DNA of 64,000 bases from an uncultured Methanoregulaceae archaeon (GTDB taxonomy: Archaea; Halobacteriota; Methanomicrobia; Methanomicrobiales; Methanospirillaceae): the NCBI GenBank assembly GCA_963705255.1, contig OY970061.1, forward strand, positions 704,001-768,000, given 5' to 3'. The translations under genes and the position numbers were made by a program. Below, in pieces: positions 1 to 10,467 of the stretch. Each line of letters opens with the position of its first letter. The first letter of the stretch is position 1. The notes beneath the pieces are model-generated. The model saw nothing but the letters and a program-made list of their open reading frames with translations. It did no database searches and was not told the origin of the DNA.

Positions 1-612
1 ATCGGAGAGCTCTCCAGCGAGCGGCTCCGGAATGATGAAGACTCGTTCCGGCAGTTGAAAGAGGAGTTCAACGGGCTTGCAGGCTCCCGGAACAATCCAG
101 TCAGGCGGGCGGCACTTTTCATCTATCTGAACAAGCACGGGTACAACGGCCTCTGGCGGGTCAACCGGAAGGGGAAGTTCAATGTCCCGTTCGGTCGGCA
201 TACCAGGAAAAGTCTCCCTTCGGAGTCCTCAATCCTGAAATTCCATGCCATGCTGCGGAATGTTGCCGTCCTGAATGCCGATTTTGAGAAAGCGGTCAGG
301 AGTGCGAAAAAAGGGGATTTCATCTATTTCGATCCCCCGTATCATCCGCTCTCGAAGACCGCTGGTTTCACCGGTTACAACCCGGACGGGTTCAGGTTCC
401 GGGACCAGGAACGGCTGGCACGGGTATTCGGGAAACTTACCGACAACGGTGTCCAGCTGATGCTGAGCAATTCAAAAGTTCCCGAGATCGAAGAATTATA
501 CCAGGACTTTCACGTACGGACGGTTGCTGCAAAACGGTTCATCAACTGCAATGGTGAGCGGCGGAACGGTGCATACGAGATCATCGTGACGAATTACGAT
601 ACGGCCGATTGA
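1..612 (+). CDS. DNA adenine methylase (Dam/D12 class), 5'-truncated by window edge
   Basis: FIYLNKHGYNGLWRVN..G.FNVPFG and catalytic YFDPPY motifs; frame open to window start. Confidence 0.9.
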   Translation: MGELSSERLRNDEDSFRQLKEEFNGLAGSRNNPVRRAALFIYLNKHGYNGLWRVNRKGKFNVPFGRHTRKSLPSESSILKFHAMLRNVAVLNADFEKAVRSAKKGDFIYFDPPYHPLSKTAGFTGYNPDGFRFRDQERLARVFGKLTDNGVQLMLSNSKVPEIEELYQDFHVRTVAAKRFINCNGERRNGAYEIIVTNYDTAD

Positions 613-753
613 AAATATACGCTCTTTTCAGGAAATGTTTTAATTAATTCTCTGCTTTCAGGAAAATTAATCCGAACCGCGAATCCGAATGTTCCGGCAC
701 TAAAAGAGATCTGTTAAAAATTTTCAATATTATATGCAAGCGGCATATTTCCA

Positions 754-1036
754 TTATGATATTTTTCCCACCCTGCTTTGCAGGGAGTCGGCGCGAGGCA
801 TCGGAGTTTTGAGAAACTCCTCGTGTCTCATCTCTTCGAGATTCGACAAGTCAAAGATTGACATCTTCTCCAATCGGCCCTCGTTGATGCGACGGCCGAT
901 TCTCACCGGGTCGCACCTGGGCAAGGTTCCTGATCAAGGTAAATGAGTGGCGCAAAACCCGACAGGTATCAGTCGTCGCATCTGCGAGGATTGATTCGAG
1001 AAGGTTAACCTTCGAGTCATTTTGCGCGTCGGGCAT
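754..1036 (-). CDS. possible small hypothetical protein, frameshifted
   Basis: ORF 851-1036 overlaps a second open frame (..DPVRIGRRINEGRLEKMSIFDLSNLEEMRHEEFLK..) ending at TAA 754; no recognised family. Confidence 0.25.
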
Positions 1037-1161
1037 CGTACCGTAAGCAGATAATGGAAAAAACTCGGTTGAATTTTTCCATCAATGTCTGTTCAAAAGA
1101 ATTTCATCGGGAACAGTAAAAGATCTCTAATACCATTTCTGGAGTTGCTGTCGGACCCCGT

Positions 1162-2677
1162 TTATCCCTTCTTTCCCGGCTCGTACCGTTCGATCTTCCC
1201 GCAGGCAACCAGTTTCCCGTTTTCCAGGACCGACACGGCGCCATGACCGCCACAGATGAGGCAGCGCCTGCCGGATTTCGCAAGTTCCTGATCAGTTTCC
1301 AGGGCGAGCCCGAGCAGGGTCTTCCGTTCCTGTTTTGCCCGTTCGCTGTCGACGTTCACTGAGGTGACAAGGAACGCCGCAAGAGAGCTGTAGTCTGCCC
1401 GCTCCTTCGTGAGACTCCCGAAATTGATGACGCTGTCGGCAGCAAACAGCAGGCCATACAGCCGTGAATACAGGAAGACCTGCCCGCAGGTGTGGCCGCC
1501 GAGCCCGTCCAGCACCTCGAGGTCGAGGTCCCCGATTTGGACGGTGCCTATGACCGGAAAAATTCCCCGGGTCGTACCGGACGGACGGGAAAAGCAGGTG
1601 ATGGCAGGAGGAGTCCGGAACCGGGAGAACTGGTTGATCATCCGGGTATAAAATGCTTCGAGCACCGAATCTTCGCTCCGGGATCCATACGCACGGTTGT
1701 TTCGCCGGATAATCTCAAGGGTGTCCTCATGCATCAGCACCGGGACAGAAAAATATCCGGATGCCCCGCAATGGTCTGCATCGGCATGAGTCACAACGAT
1801 CCGCGAGAGCTTTTTCATCTCTCCCGCGTCATAGCGCGATAGCATTGCGAGGACGTCATTATGATAAATCCCATACCCGGTGTCGATCATCACCATCTCA
1901 TCCGGCGTCCGGATGAGGAATATGCTGCCCCCGCACGGGACCTGGAAACAGAACAGCGTGGTCCTGTCCGTGATGCAGAACTGCTGGACGTCGGCATAAA
2001 ACCCGTTACCGGTCGTTGCGTTCATCGTCCTGCCGGTGGCGAGCACGCTCTCGAATACCTGGTGGGGATCGCAGACCGCGGGCCATCAGGTCCTGCGCGA
2101 TATGGTTGGTATCGGCAAGGAATGAGAGGATGAATGCCTCCTCGGATTCGCCGATAAGGTCGCGGACCTCCTGGGCATACCGGACGTAAAAGACCGTATC
2201 GTCAAGGTGTTTTCCGGTCTTGTCATACTCGATGATCTCAAGCCGGTACCGGGACTTCAGCTGGTCGAGAAGCTGGTGTACGACAGCACTCTGTTCAAGG
2301 TTGAGGCTGACGGTGAGACGGTCAGGGTACCGGCCCCGGTCATCAAAATCAATACAGGCAATGTTTGCCCCGGCCGATGTCGTATAACTGAGAAATTCAT
2401 ACAGCGCCCCCGGCTGGTGCGGGAGGTACACACAGAACTTCAGGAAGTCCAGCGGCTTCAGCGAGGTCTGCAGGTAGCCGATATCGGCAAGGTCGCGGGT
2501 TATCCGGCTATAGGACTCCGCATCAGCGGTCACTTCATAAAATACCGTCCCGGGATCGATACGCCGGTCGAACTGGATGCGGTTGATATTCCCGTCGTAT
2601 TTTTTGATTATCTCTGCAGCCCGGTGAAGCGAACCCGGTTCATCCGGCATATGCGCAATGAAAGAAAATTTCTCCAT
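1162..2677 (-). CDS. tandem ACT domains + MBL-fold metallo-hydrolase (frameshift ~2070)
   Basis: ACT-like MPDEPGSLHRAA and LPHQPGALYEFL; MBL motifs MIDTG, THADADHCG, GGHTCG, AADS, GGHG; two overlapping ORFs join. Confidence 0.8.
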
Positions 2678-2758
2678 AAGCTCCCGGTTGTGGGATCAGC
2701 ATTGTCCCTTGACGTCGATATACCTATGGTCTTTTTTAAATCCAAAAAAAAGAAAAAA

Positions 2759-3835
2759 TCAGCGCTTGGACCGGCGCACCGATACTGCAATTGCCAGTGC
2801 AGCAGCGATCAGGACACCGAGCACAGGAACCAGCACCGGGAGAGGAACGGGAGACGCGCTCTTGACCAGGGCCGGGGAGACCGTAACGGTCTCCCCTGCT
2901 TTGACCGTGACCTGTATCGAGTACGGCAGGTATCCTGAGGCATTGAGACCGACCGTGTGATCACCCGCAGGGATATTCTCAAGGTTTATTGGTGTCTGCC
3001 CCTTCATGATAGAGTCCACGGAGACCGAGGCCCCGGCAGGAGTTGAAGTAACGGCGATCGTGCCGGTCACCGGACCGGTTACCGGGGGCGTTGCAGGTAC
3101 CAGCGGCGTGGGGGCAGCGGTCACGTTCGATGCCGGGGCCTGCGGAGATACGACCTGCAGGGTAGTCCGGTACGTGGCGGCTGTGGTCGGACTGTCGAGG
3201 GTGACCGTGTAAGAGCCCGGCTGCATATCGATATGGAAGCCCTGGTTGAAGTATCCGGTAGCACTCACCGGAGTGTAGAATGTATGCAAGACCTGTCCAC
3301 TGCCGTCGGTTATCTGCAGCCTGACACTCTCGACATTATTTCTTGCGGTCCCCACGAACTGGACATAGTCCCCGGTTTCAGGCGTTGCCGGGGTCACCGA
3401 GAAGTAGAAATCGGGTTTATCCATCATGACTGATATTGTTGAGGAGTCTGCAGGATTTGAAAGGTCCACCGCAGTTATATAATACCGTGCTGTCTGCAAC
3501 AGTTCCATTCCATTCACCATGGACGTATCCCAGTCATATTGCCACGACCCGTCCGGGTTGGATATGGCCGGGTTTCCCGTGCCCGGAGTACCTTTCAGGT
3601 CCATGAGCGGGACTCCCTCGGCCGGCAACCCGGGACCGGTAATTTTCAAAAACGTGACATTCCCGACGGTGTTTTGCCCATCGAAAATGACCATGTTTCC
3701 GATATATATCCCGCCAGCGCCACGATAGGTAATTGAGACAGAACCCCCATCAGCAGATACCGCTTGGACGATGCATACTGCTGCGACGAGCAGTACCAGA
3801 ACCGGGATCTTCCTGTTCGTATGGATTACACCCAT
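2759..3835 (-). CDS. PEGA-domain cell-surface protein with C-terminal membrane anchor
   Basis: Signal peptide, Pro/Thr linker, PEGA motif VTSTPAGASVSVD..G.TP, C-terminal hydrophobic helix plus RRSKR. Confidence 0.8.
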   Translation of the reverse strand: MGVIHTNRKIPVLVLLVAAVCIVQAVSADGGSVSITYRGAGGIYIGNMVIFDGQNTVGNVTFLKITGPGLPAEGVPLMDLKGTPGTGNPAISNPDGSWQYDWDTSMVNGMELLQTARYYITAVDLSNPADSSTISVMMDKPDFYFSVTPATPETGDYVQFVGTARNNVESVRLQITDGSGQVLHTFYTPVSATGYFNQGFHIDMQPGSYTVTLDSPTTAATYRTTLQVVSPQAPASNVTAAPTPLVPATPPVTGPVTGTIAVTSTPAGASVSVDSIMKGQTPINLENIPAGDHTVGLNASGYLPYSIQVTVKAGETVTVSPALVKSASPVPLPVLVPVLGVLIAAALAIAVSVRRSKR

Positions 3836-3998
3836 TTTTAACCTCTCGATGTACAGGATATCATTTAAAAAGAATATATAATTTTGTTATTGAAGGGCAT
3901 TTTTTAAAAACAAGCCAGTATCCTGACCCTTCTCCGGTATCCCGTGACGAAACTATATCTAGGTTACCGGGCAACCCATGATCAGAGGGAACCTGAAA

Positions 3999-6029
3999 AT
4001 GCCCGACGTGGAATTGGCCAAAAAACAGGGTGAAGACCTGTTGAAAACACGAGTTTTTACAGTACGGCAGTCATTCTCCTACGAAGAGACGGCATACCAC
4101 CTTCCGATCTCGTATGCGCTGACGGGGGTTCCGGTTCATGACCGGAAAGCCGCGCTCGACGTTTATTCCCGGACCGGCAGCAACCCCCTCGTTGCATCGG
4201 AGAGCATCCTGGCTGATATGACCGCGGTCGCGGGAAAGGAACCCGCCCCCTATACCGGTTTTATCAGCGACACCGTCATCCGCAAGCTTGGGTATTCCCT
4301 CGTTGACGGGAGCATCCTCGGTCTTGCCCTTGTCGTCGGGACCCCGCGGAATGCCGGTATGGCAGCAGCGGTCTGCCGCGAACTGCAGGAAAAATACATG
4401 CTCACCTTCCTTGCCGGCAAGGTCATCCCGGCCCTGTCCGGTGCCGGTGTCAGGCTCGGCCTCGAATACCGCCTCATTCCCCTCGGGTCAACACCGTTTT
4501 ACGGTGTGCATTTCGTGGATATCATCGCCCGGGTGGCGATGATGTTCGGGGGCGTCCCGCCGGGTGATACCCACCGGCTCCTGACCTATGCTGCCGAACG
4601 TGCCCGGGCGATCGTCATCGTCTTCCCCGGCCTGACCGATGAAGAGATCGCCCTTGTCGACGGCATGCGGGTGCTCGGGTTCCCCATCCTGACTCCCGGG
4701 GGTTACCAGGGGGGTTCCTGGATACAGGCAGGCCCGGAGGATATTGTCCGGAAGGGGATGGAAGAGAGAGGGATCCGGGTCAATGTCACCGCAATCCCGA
4801 TCCCCATGGGCTGTTCCCCGGCTTTTGAGGGGAAGAGCATCCGCAAGGAAGAGATGTACGTGGAATTCGGCGGGGGCAGGTCTCCTGCTTTTGAGCTGCT
4901 CAGGATGCGCATGCCAGAGGAGATCAGGGACGGGCAGGTGACGGTCATCGGCCCTGAGATCGGGACCATGAAGGAAGGATCTGCAAACCCCCTTGGCATC
5001 ATCATCGAGGTTGCCGGCAGGACCATGAAAAAAGATTACGAGCCGGTGCTGGAGAGGAGGATCCACAACTTCGTCAACTATGGGGAGGGGTCGTGGCACG
5101 TGGCCCAGCGGGACATCATCTGGGTGAGGATCTCGAAGGAGGCCGTTGCAAAAGGCGTCAGGATCGAGCATATCGGAAAGCTGCTGGCCAGCAAATTCCG
5201 GATGGATTTTCCCCAGCTGCTCGACGCGGTCTCGGTCACGCTGATCACGGATGAGAAAAAAGTCCTTGCCGCAAAGAAAGAGGCCGAGGAGGTATATGAC
5301 GAACGCGATGCCCGCATCAAGGGGATGCGGGACCAGGACGTTGATACCTACTACTCCTGCACCCTGTGCCAGACCTTTGCCCCCAACCATGTCTGCGTCA
5401 TCACGCCGGAACGCCCGGCTCTCTGCGGCGCGATCAGCTGGCTCGACGGGAAAATAGCCTTCGAGATGTCGCCGGCCGGGGCGAACCAGCCGGTCGAAAA
5501 AGGAGCGGCCCTGAACGTCCAGAACGGCGAATTCGAAGGGGTGAACCGCTTTATCAAGAAAGCCAGCCACGGGGAGATCGAACGGTGTTCGCTCTACAGT
5601 GTCATGGAATACCCGATGACCTGCTGCGGCTGTTTCGAGGCCATTGCCCTGATGCTGCCGGAAGTGAACGGGATCATGGTAGTGAACCGGGAGTTCAAGG
5701 GAATGACACCCTCGGGCATGACCTTCTCCACGCTTGCCGGGACGATCGGCGGCGGTGCCCAGACACCGGGGTTTGCCGGTATCTCGAAAAATTACATCCT
5801 CTCGGACCGGTTCCTCCAGGGAGAGGGGGGGATCGAGCGGCTGGTATGGATGCCCTCCCAGCTCAAAGAGGAACTCAAGGACCGGCTCATGAATAAAATC
5901 GCAGAGAAAGGGCTTGTCGGCCTCTTCGAGAAGATCGCGGACGAGACGATGGCCGCGACAATCGAGGATCTCGCGGCATTTCTCGAGAAGGTGCAGCACC
6001 CGGCTCTCGGTATGAAACCGCTGGTGTGA
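3999..6029 (+). CDS. acsB: acetyl-CoA synthase beta subunit (AcsB/CdhC), long bacterial-type form
   Basis: A-cluster motifs YSCTLCQTFAPNHVCVITPERPALCGAISWLD and PMTCCGCFE; N-terminal AcsB-like domain; alternative start 3978. Confidence 0.95.
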   Translation: MPDVELAKKQGEDLLKTRVFTVRQSFSYEETAYHLPISYALTGVPVHDRKAALDVYSRTGSNPLVASESILADMTAVAGKEPAPYTGFISDTVIRKLGYSLVDGSILGLALVVGTPRNAGMAAAVCRELQEKYMLTFLAGKVIPALSGAGVRLGLEYRLIPLGSTPFYGVHFVDIIARVAMMFGGVPPGDTHRLLTYAAERARAIVIVFPGLTDEEIALVDGMRVLGFPILTPGGYQGGSWIQAGPEDIVRKGMEERGIRVNVTAIPIPMGCSPAFEGKSIRKEEMYVEFGGGRSPAFELLRMRMPEEIRDGQVTVIGPEIGTMKEGSANPLGIIIEVAGRTMKKDYEPVLERRIHNFVNYGEGSWHVAQRDIIWVRISKEAVAKGVRIEHIGKLLASKFRMDFPQLLDAVSVTLITDEKKVLAAKKEAEEVYDERDARIKGMRDQDVDTYYSCTLCQTFAPNHVCVITPERPALCGAISWLDGKIAFEMSPAGANQPVEKGAALNVQNGEFEGVNRFIKKASHGEIERCSLYSVMEYPMTCCGCFEAIALMLPEVNGIMVVNREFKGMTPSGMTFSTLAGTIGGGAQTPGFAGISKNYILSDRFLQGEGGIERLVWMPSQLKEELKDRLMNKIAEKGLVGLFEKIADETMAATIEDLAAFLEKVQHPALGMKPLV

Positions 6030-6033
6030 GACC

Positions 6034-6990
6034 ATGAGCTTCGACCTGAATTTCGGCTGGACCTCGACCATCGGGGAAGTCGTACTCGGCGCAACGAAGG
6101 CTGATGGCGGGACACGGAGACTCTCGTACCGGATCGGCGGCGGAAAAACACTCCCCTTCCTGGAGAGCCGGGCAGACTCCCCCTCTCCCCTCATCGCCCT
6201 CGAGATCTGCGACTACCTCCCGTTCTGGTCGCCGATCGTGAAGAATTACTGCGGGGACCTGGTCAACAGTGTCGGCGAGTGGGCAAAAGCGGCCGACGCT
6301 TCCTATGGTGCCGACCTCATCCGGCTGTACCTGACCAGCACCCGGCAGCGAAACTTCTCGGATATCGCAACGCTTGGAAAAACGGTCGAAGACGTCCTGT
6401 CGGCATCCAGCCTCCCGCTCGTGATCGAAGGGAGCAACGAGCCGAAGATCGACAGCGAGGTCTTCCAGACGTGCGGCGAGGTGGCGCAGGGGGAGCGCCT
6501 CCTTCTCGGCACCGCGGAAGCAGGGAAGTACCGGAGCGTAGCTGCAGCCGCCCTTGCCTACAACCACTCCATCATCGCCCAGTCGCCAATAGACATCAAC
6601 CTGGCAAAGCAGCTCAATATCCTCCTGAAGGAGATCGGAGTCCAGCGGGACTACATCGTGATCGACCCGTACACCGGCGCCCTCGGCTACGGGTTCGAGT
6701 ATTCCTATTCGGCAATGGAGCGGATCCGGTTCTCCGCCCTCAAGGGGGATGCCGATCTCGCTATGCCGATGATCTGCTCCGCGATCGATTCGCTCACCAT
6801 CAAGGAGGTGCGGGAAGCCGAACCCGGACTCCAGGACGAGATGGCGACCCGGTGGGAGTTTTACACCGGTATCGCGGCAGCGGCGGCCGGCGCTGAGATC
6901 GTCTGCGTACGCCACCCTGGCACCATCCCCCTTCTCCGGAAGGCATTCACCGACATGAAAAAATCTGCAGGCCCCGCGGAGATGCAATAA
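6034..6990 (+). CDS. cdhD: corrinoid Fe-S protein small (delta) subunit
   Basis: IAQSPIDINLAKQLN and DPYTGALGYGFEYSYSAMERIR motifs. Confidence 0.95.
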   Translation: MSFDLNFGWTSTIGEVVLGATKADGGTRRLSYRIGGGKTLPFLESRADSPSPLIALEICDYLPFWSPIVKNYCGDLVNSVGEWAKAADASYGADLIRLYLTSTRQRNFSDIATLGKTVEDVLSASSLPLVIEGSNEPKIDSEVFQTCGEVAQGERLLLGTAEAGKYRSVAAAALAYNHSIIAQSPIDINLAKQLNILLKEIGVQRDYIVIDPYTGALGYGFEYSYSAMERIRFSALKGDADLAMPMICSAIDSLTIKEVREAEPGLQDEMATRWEFYTGIAAAAAGAEIVCVRHPGTIPLLRKAFTDMKKSAGPAEMQ

Positions 6991-8342
6991 TGGCACTCAA
7001 GGCACTGGACATCTATAAGCTCCTCCCGAAGAAGAACTGCAAGGAGTGCGGCGACCCGACCTGCCTCACCTTTGCCATGAAACTTGCCGGCGGGAAGGCA
7101 GACGTTGACCTCTGCCCGTACCTGAGCGAGGAGGCAAAATCCGTTCTCGGGGCGAGCACCCGGCCGCCCATACGGCTCGTGAGGGTCGGGGTCGGCGAGC
7201 GGTTCTTCAAGGTGGGGGAAGAGACGGTTCTGTACCGGCACGAGAAGACCTTCTACCACCCTCCCGGTATCGTCTTCCGGGTCCGCGATACGCAGGCGGC
7301 TCCGGAGATCGCTGCAGTCACCCGCCGGGTGCGGGACGAGACCTTCACCCGCGTGGGTGCCGATCTCCGCTTCAGCGGCATCGCCATCGAGAATACCAGC
7401 GGGTCGGCAGAAACGTTCGCAAAGGCGGTTGCGGCTGTCGAGGCGGAACAGGCCCACCTCCCTCCCGTGCTCATTGCGAAGGATCCTGCAGCGCTCAAGG
7501 CAGGCCTCGTCCACTGCGGCTCCTACCGTCCGCTCCTCCACGCGGCGAATAAGGAAAATTTCCGGGAGATGTGTGCACTTGCGAAGCAGTACGGGTGCCC
7601 GCTGGTCATCCGGGCTGCAACGCCCGAAGGACTCGTCCAGCTGGTGAAAGACTGCACAGCAGAAGGAGTGCAGGACCTCATGCTCGATCCCGCACCGGAG
7701 ACGCTCGGGGCGTTCATCACCCGCTCCACGCTGATACGTCAGCTCGCGATCACGCGTTCGGTCCCCGAGCTCGGGTATCCTGTTTTTCTCGATTCCACCC
7801 TGACCGGGCAGCAGGACGCAGCAATCGCACTGGGCATCGTCAAATATGCCTCGGTCATCGTGACCGACCCCCTCGCACCAGGCCCGGCGAAGGCCGCCCT
7901 CACCCTCCGGCAGAACATCTACACCGATCCCCAGAAGCCGATCCAGATGAACCCGGGGCTGTACCGGGTCGGGACCCCGGACAAGGACGCGCCGGTCCTG
8001 ATGACGGTGAACTTCTCGCTCACCTTCTTCACGCTTCAGGGGTACCTCGAGTCTACCCGGATCCCCTGCTTCATGCTGATCGTCGATACCGAGGGAATGT
8101 CGGTCCTGACCGCGGTCGCGGCAGGAAAACTGAACGAGTTCCTGGTCCGGGACGCGATCAGGAAGTTCGGGGTGGAGAGCGAGGTTTCCCACCGGAAGCT
8201 GATCATTCCCGGGTATGCCTCGCCGCTTTCAGGGCAGATCGAGGAGGCGACCGGCTGGAAGGTGCTCGTCGGCCCCCGCGACGCCGCCGAGATCGGGGAG
8301 TTCCTCCACGAGGAGTGGAAGAAGCAGGCCGGGACGCAATGA
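6990..8342 (+). CDS. cdhE: corrinoid Fe-S protein large (gamma) subunit
   Basis: LLPKKNCKECGDPTCLTFAMKL Fe-S motif, GEETVLYRHEKTF, RQNIYTDPQKP, TVNFSLT. Confidence 0.95.
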   Translation: MALKALDIYKLLPKKNCKECGDPTCLTFAMKLAGGKADVDLCPYLSEEAKSVLGASTRPPIRLVRVGVGERFFKVGEETVLYRHEKTFYHPPGIVFRVRDTQAAPEIAAVTRRVRDETFTRVGADLRFSGIAIENTSGSAETFAKAVAAVEAEQAHLPPVLIAKDPAALKAGLVHCGSYRPLLHAANKENFREMCALAKQYGCPLVIRAATPEGLVQLVKDCTAEGVQDLMLDPAPETLGAFITRSTLIRQLAITRSVPELGYPVFLDSTLTGQQDAAIALGIVKYASVIVTDPLAPGPAKAALTLRQNIYTDPQKPIQMNPGLYRVGTPDKDAPVLMTVNFSLTFFTLQGYLESTRIPCFMLIVDTEGMSVLTAVAAGKLNEFLVRDAIRKFGVESEVSHRKLIIPGYASPLSGQIEEATGWKVLVGPRDAAEIGEFLHEEWKKQAGTQ

Positions 8343-8526
8343 TTTTCTGGATCCCAGCCCGAAAAGACCACCTCTCCCTCATCCATTCCGCGGTGTCCGG
8401 GATCGTCCGGAGGGTGCGGAAGGAGGGGAAAGGGCAGGGAATAATTGCTCAACAAAGAATCCTGATGGATTCGTCTCGTCTTTGTGGTCCTGATGGATCA
8501 CGAAAGACACCGCAGGCTATTTGACC

Positions 8527-8535
8527 CTTATATCC
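8527..8535 (+). promoter_or_regulatory. putative TATA box for acsV (leaderless-type spacing)
   Basis: CTTATAT ~26-30 bp upstream of ATG 8561. Confidence 0.4.
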
Positions 8536-8560
8536 CAATCTCTGTTAAGGAACTACCAGC

Positions 8561-10462
8561 ATGCGTACCGTTACCTTCCTTCCCAGTTATCGCAAGATCG
8601 AAGTGGAACCGGGGACAACCATCCTCGATGCAGCCCAGCGGGCAGGGCTGAACATAAACGTAGTCTGTGGCGGGCAGGGCAAATGCGGCAAATGCGTTGT
8701 GTTCATCCAGTCGGGAAAAGTTGAATTCGACCGCCAGAAATACGGGCGGTTCTTTTCCGAGGCCGAACTCCAGAAAGGAGCCTGTCTCGCATGCGAGGGG
8801 TCCGTCCAGGGAGACATCCATATTGTCATTCCCGAGACAACGCTGATCCAGGAGCAGAAGATCCTTGTTGAAGGCGTCGAGAACCGGATCGATTTCCACC
8901 CGTCCGTGAAAAAATATTATGTCGAGCTCCAGCCCCCGAGCCTTGCCGACCCGTCACCGGACCTGTCACGGCTCCTCTGGGGCATCCAGAAGAGTGGCGG
9001 GCCGGTGGCAGAGAAGATGTACGCACCGCTCGAGGTGCTCCGCGAGATCCCCGGGATCCTGCGCCACAGTGAATGGAAAGTGACCGGCACCATCGGCCTC
9101 GTGCCCGGCGGCTACCGCCTCCTCGACCTCCAGGAGAACGATACCTCCTCGCGGGTCTTCGGGGCAGCCGTAGACCTCGGCTCCACGACCGTCGTCGTGT
9201 ATCTCTGGGACCTCGTCACGGGAAAGGTTGTCAGTGTTGCATCGAACTATAACAAGCAGATCAGCTGCGGCGAGGACATCCTTGCCCGGGTGAACTTCGC
9301 ACGAAAGAACGGCCTTGCGAAACTCCAGTCACTTGCGGCGGAGAGCATCAACCAGGCGCTCACCACTGCATCCAACACCGCCGGGATCGACCGCGAGGAC
9401 ATCTACGAAGTGGTTGTTGCAGGAAACACGGTCATGACGCATATGCTGCTCGGCATCGACCCGGCCTACATGATAGCCGAACCCTATGTCCCGGTCGTCA
9501 GGCGGGCCCTCTCGGTGGCTGCGGGCAGGATCGGCATCACCTGCAACCCGAACGGCGGGCTCTTTGTCTTCCCGGCCGTCAGTGACTTCATCGGGGGCGA
9601 CATCATATCCGATATCCTGGCCTGCGGCATGAACGAACGGGAGGAGATCTCGCTCCTGATCGATATCGGCACCAACTTCGAGGTCGTGCTCGGCAACAGG
9701 GAATGGATGTTCTCCTGCGCCGGTGCCGCCGGGCCTGCTCTCGAAGGCGGCGAAGTCCTCTTCGGCATGAGGGCAAATCCGGGTGCGATCGAGAAGCTCA
9801 CGATCGACCCTGCGACCCTCGACCCCACGTACTCCACCATCAACGGTATCAGACCGCGGGGGATCTGCGGATCGGGCCTGATCGACCTGCTCGCCGAACT
9901 GCTGGCAGCCTGCGTGATTGACAGGACAGGGCGCATCAATACCGAGATCAGCAACCCGCGTATCCGGAAGACCGCCCATTTCCCGGAGTTTGTGATCGCA
10001 TGGGCGGATGAGACCGAGATCAACAAGGAGATCGTCATTACGGAGAACGATATCAAGAACCTGATCATGAGCAAAGCCTCGGTCCACGCGGCCTGCGTGA
10101 CCCTGATGAAGGAAGCCGGCGTCTCCCGTCGCGAGATATCCACCATCTATTTTGCCGGGGCTTTTGGGAATTACCTTGACAAGAAGAATGCCACCACCAT
10201 CGGCCTGATCCCCGAGATTGATCCCGACCAGATCAGGAACATCGGGAACGGTGCCGTGGCCGGTGCCAATATCGCGCTCATCAACCGGCGGACGAGAAAG
10301 ATTCTGGACGAAATCGCTTACAAGATCGCGTATATCGAGCTGAACGCGGAGAGCTCGTTCATGGACGAGTACACCTCGAGCTCGTTCCTCCCGCACACCG
10401 ATCTCTCGCTCTTCCCGATGGTGCAGAAGATGCTGGACGAGTGCCGTATCCGGAAGGCCTGA
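8561..10462 (+). CDS. acsV: reductive activator of corrinoid protein (RACo/AcsV; 2Fe-2S + ASKHA ATPase)
   Basis: CGGQGKCGKC..LAC ferredoxin; DLGSTT, DIGTNFE, AAGPALEG, GICGSGLID, AGAFG motifs. Confidence 0.92.
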   Translation: MRTVTFLPSYRKIEVEPGTTILDAAQRAGLNINVVCGGQGKCGKCVVFIQSGKVEFDRQKYGRFFSEAELQKGACLACEGSVQGDIHIVIPETTLIQEQKILVEGVENRIDFHPSVKKYYVELQPPSLADPSPDLSRLLWGIQKSGGPVAEKMYAPLEVLREIPGILRHSEWKVTGTIGLVPGGYRLLDLQENDTSSRVFGAAVDLGSTTVVVYLWDLVTGKVVSVASNYNKQISCGEDILARVNFARKNGLAKLQSLAAESINQALTTASNTAGIDREDIYEVVVAGNTVMTHMLLGIDPAYMIAEPYVPVVRRALSVAAGRIGITCNPNGGLFVFPAVSDFIGGDIISDILACGMNEREEISLLIDIGTNFEVVLGNREWMFSCAGAAGPALEGGEVLFGMRANPGAIEKLTIDPATLDPTYSTINGIRPRGICGSGLIDLLAELLAACVIDRTGRINTEISNPRIRKTAHFPEFVIAWADETEINKEIVITENDIKNLIMSKASVHAACVTLMKEAGVSRREISTIYFAGAFGNYLDKKNATTIGLIPEIDPDQIRNIGNGAVAGANIALINRRTRKILDEIAYKIAYIELNAESSFMDEYTSSSFLPHTDLSLFPMVQKMLDECRIRKA

Positions 10463-10467
10463 ACAGC

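Noticed and set aside
8478-8508. Hammerhead-like CUGAUG...GAAA here, and CUGACGA near 54930
   Set aside because: The bases lie in simple hairpin stems and loops, and the three-way junction cannot be built
8343-8560. Cobalamin riboswitch before corrinoid-related genes (also considered upstream of cbiT)
   Set aside because: No B12-box or other conserved core elements recognisable
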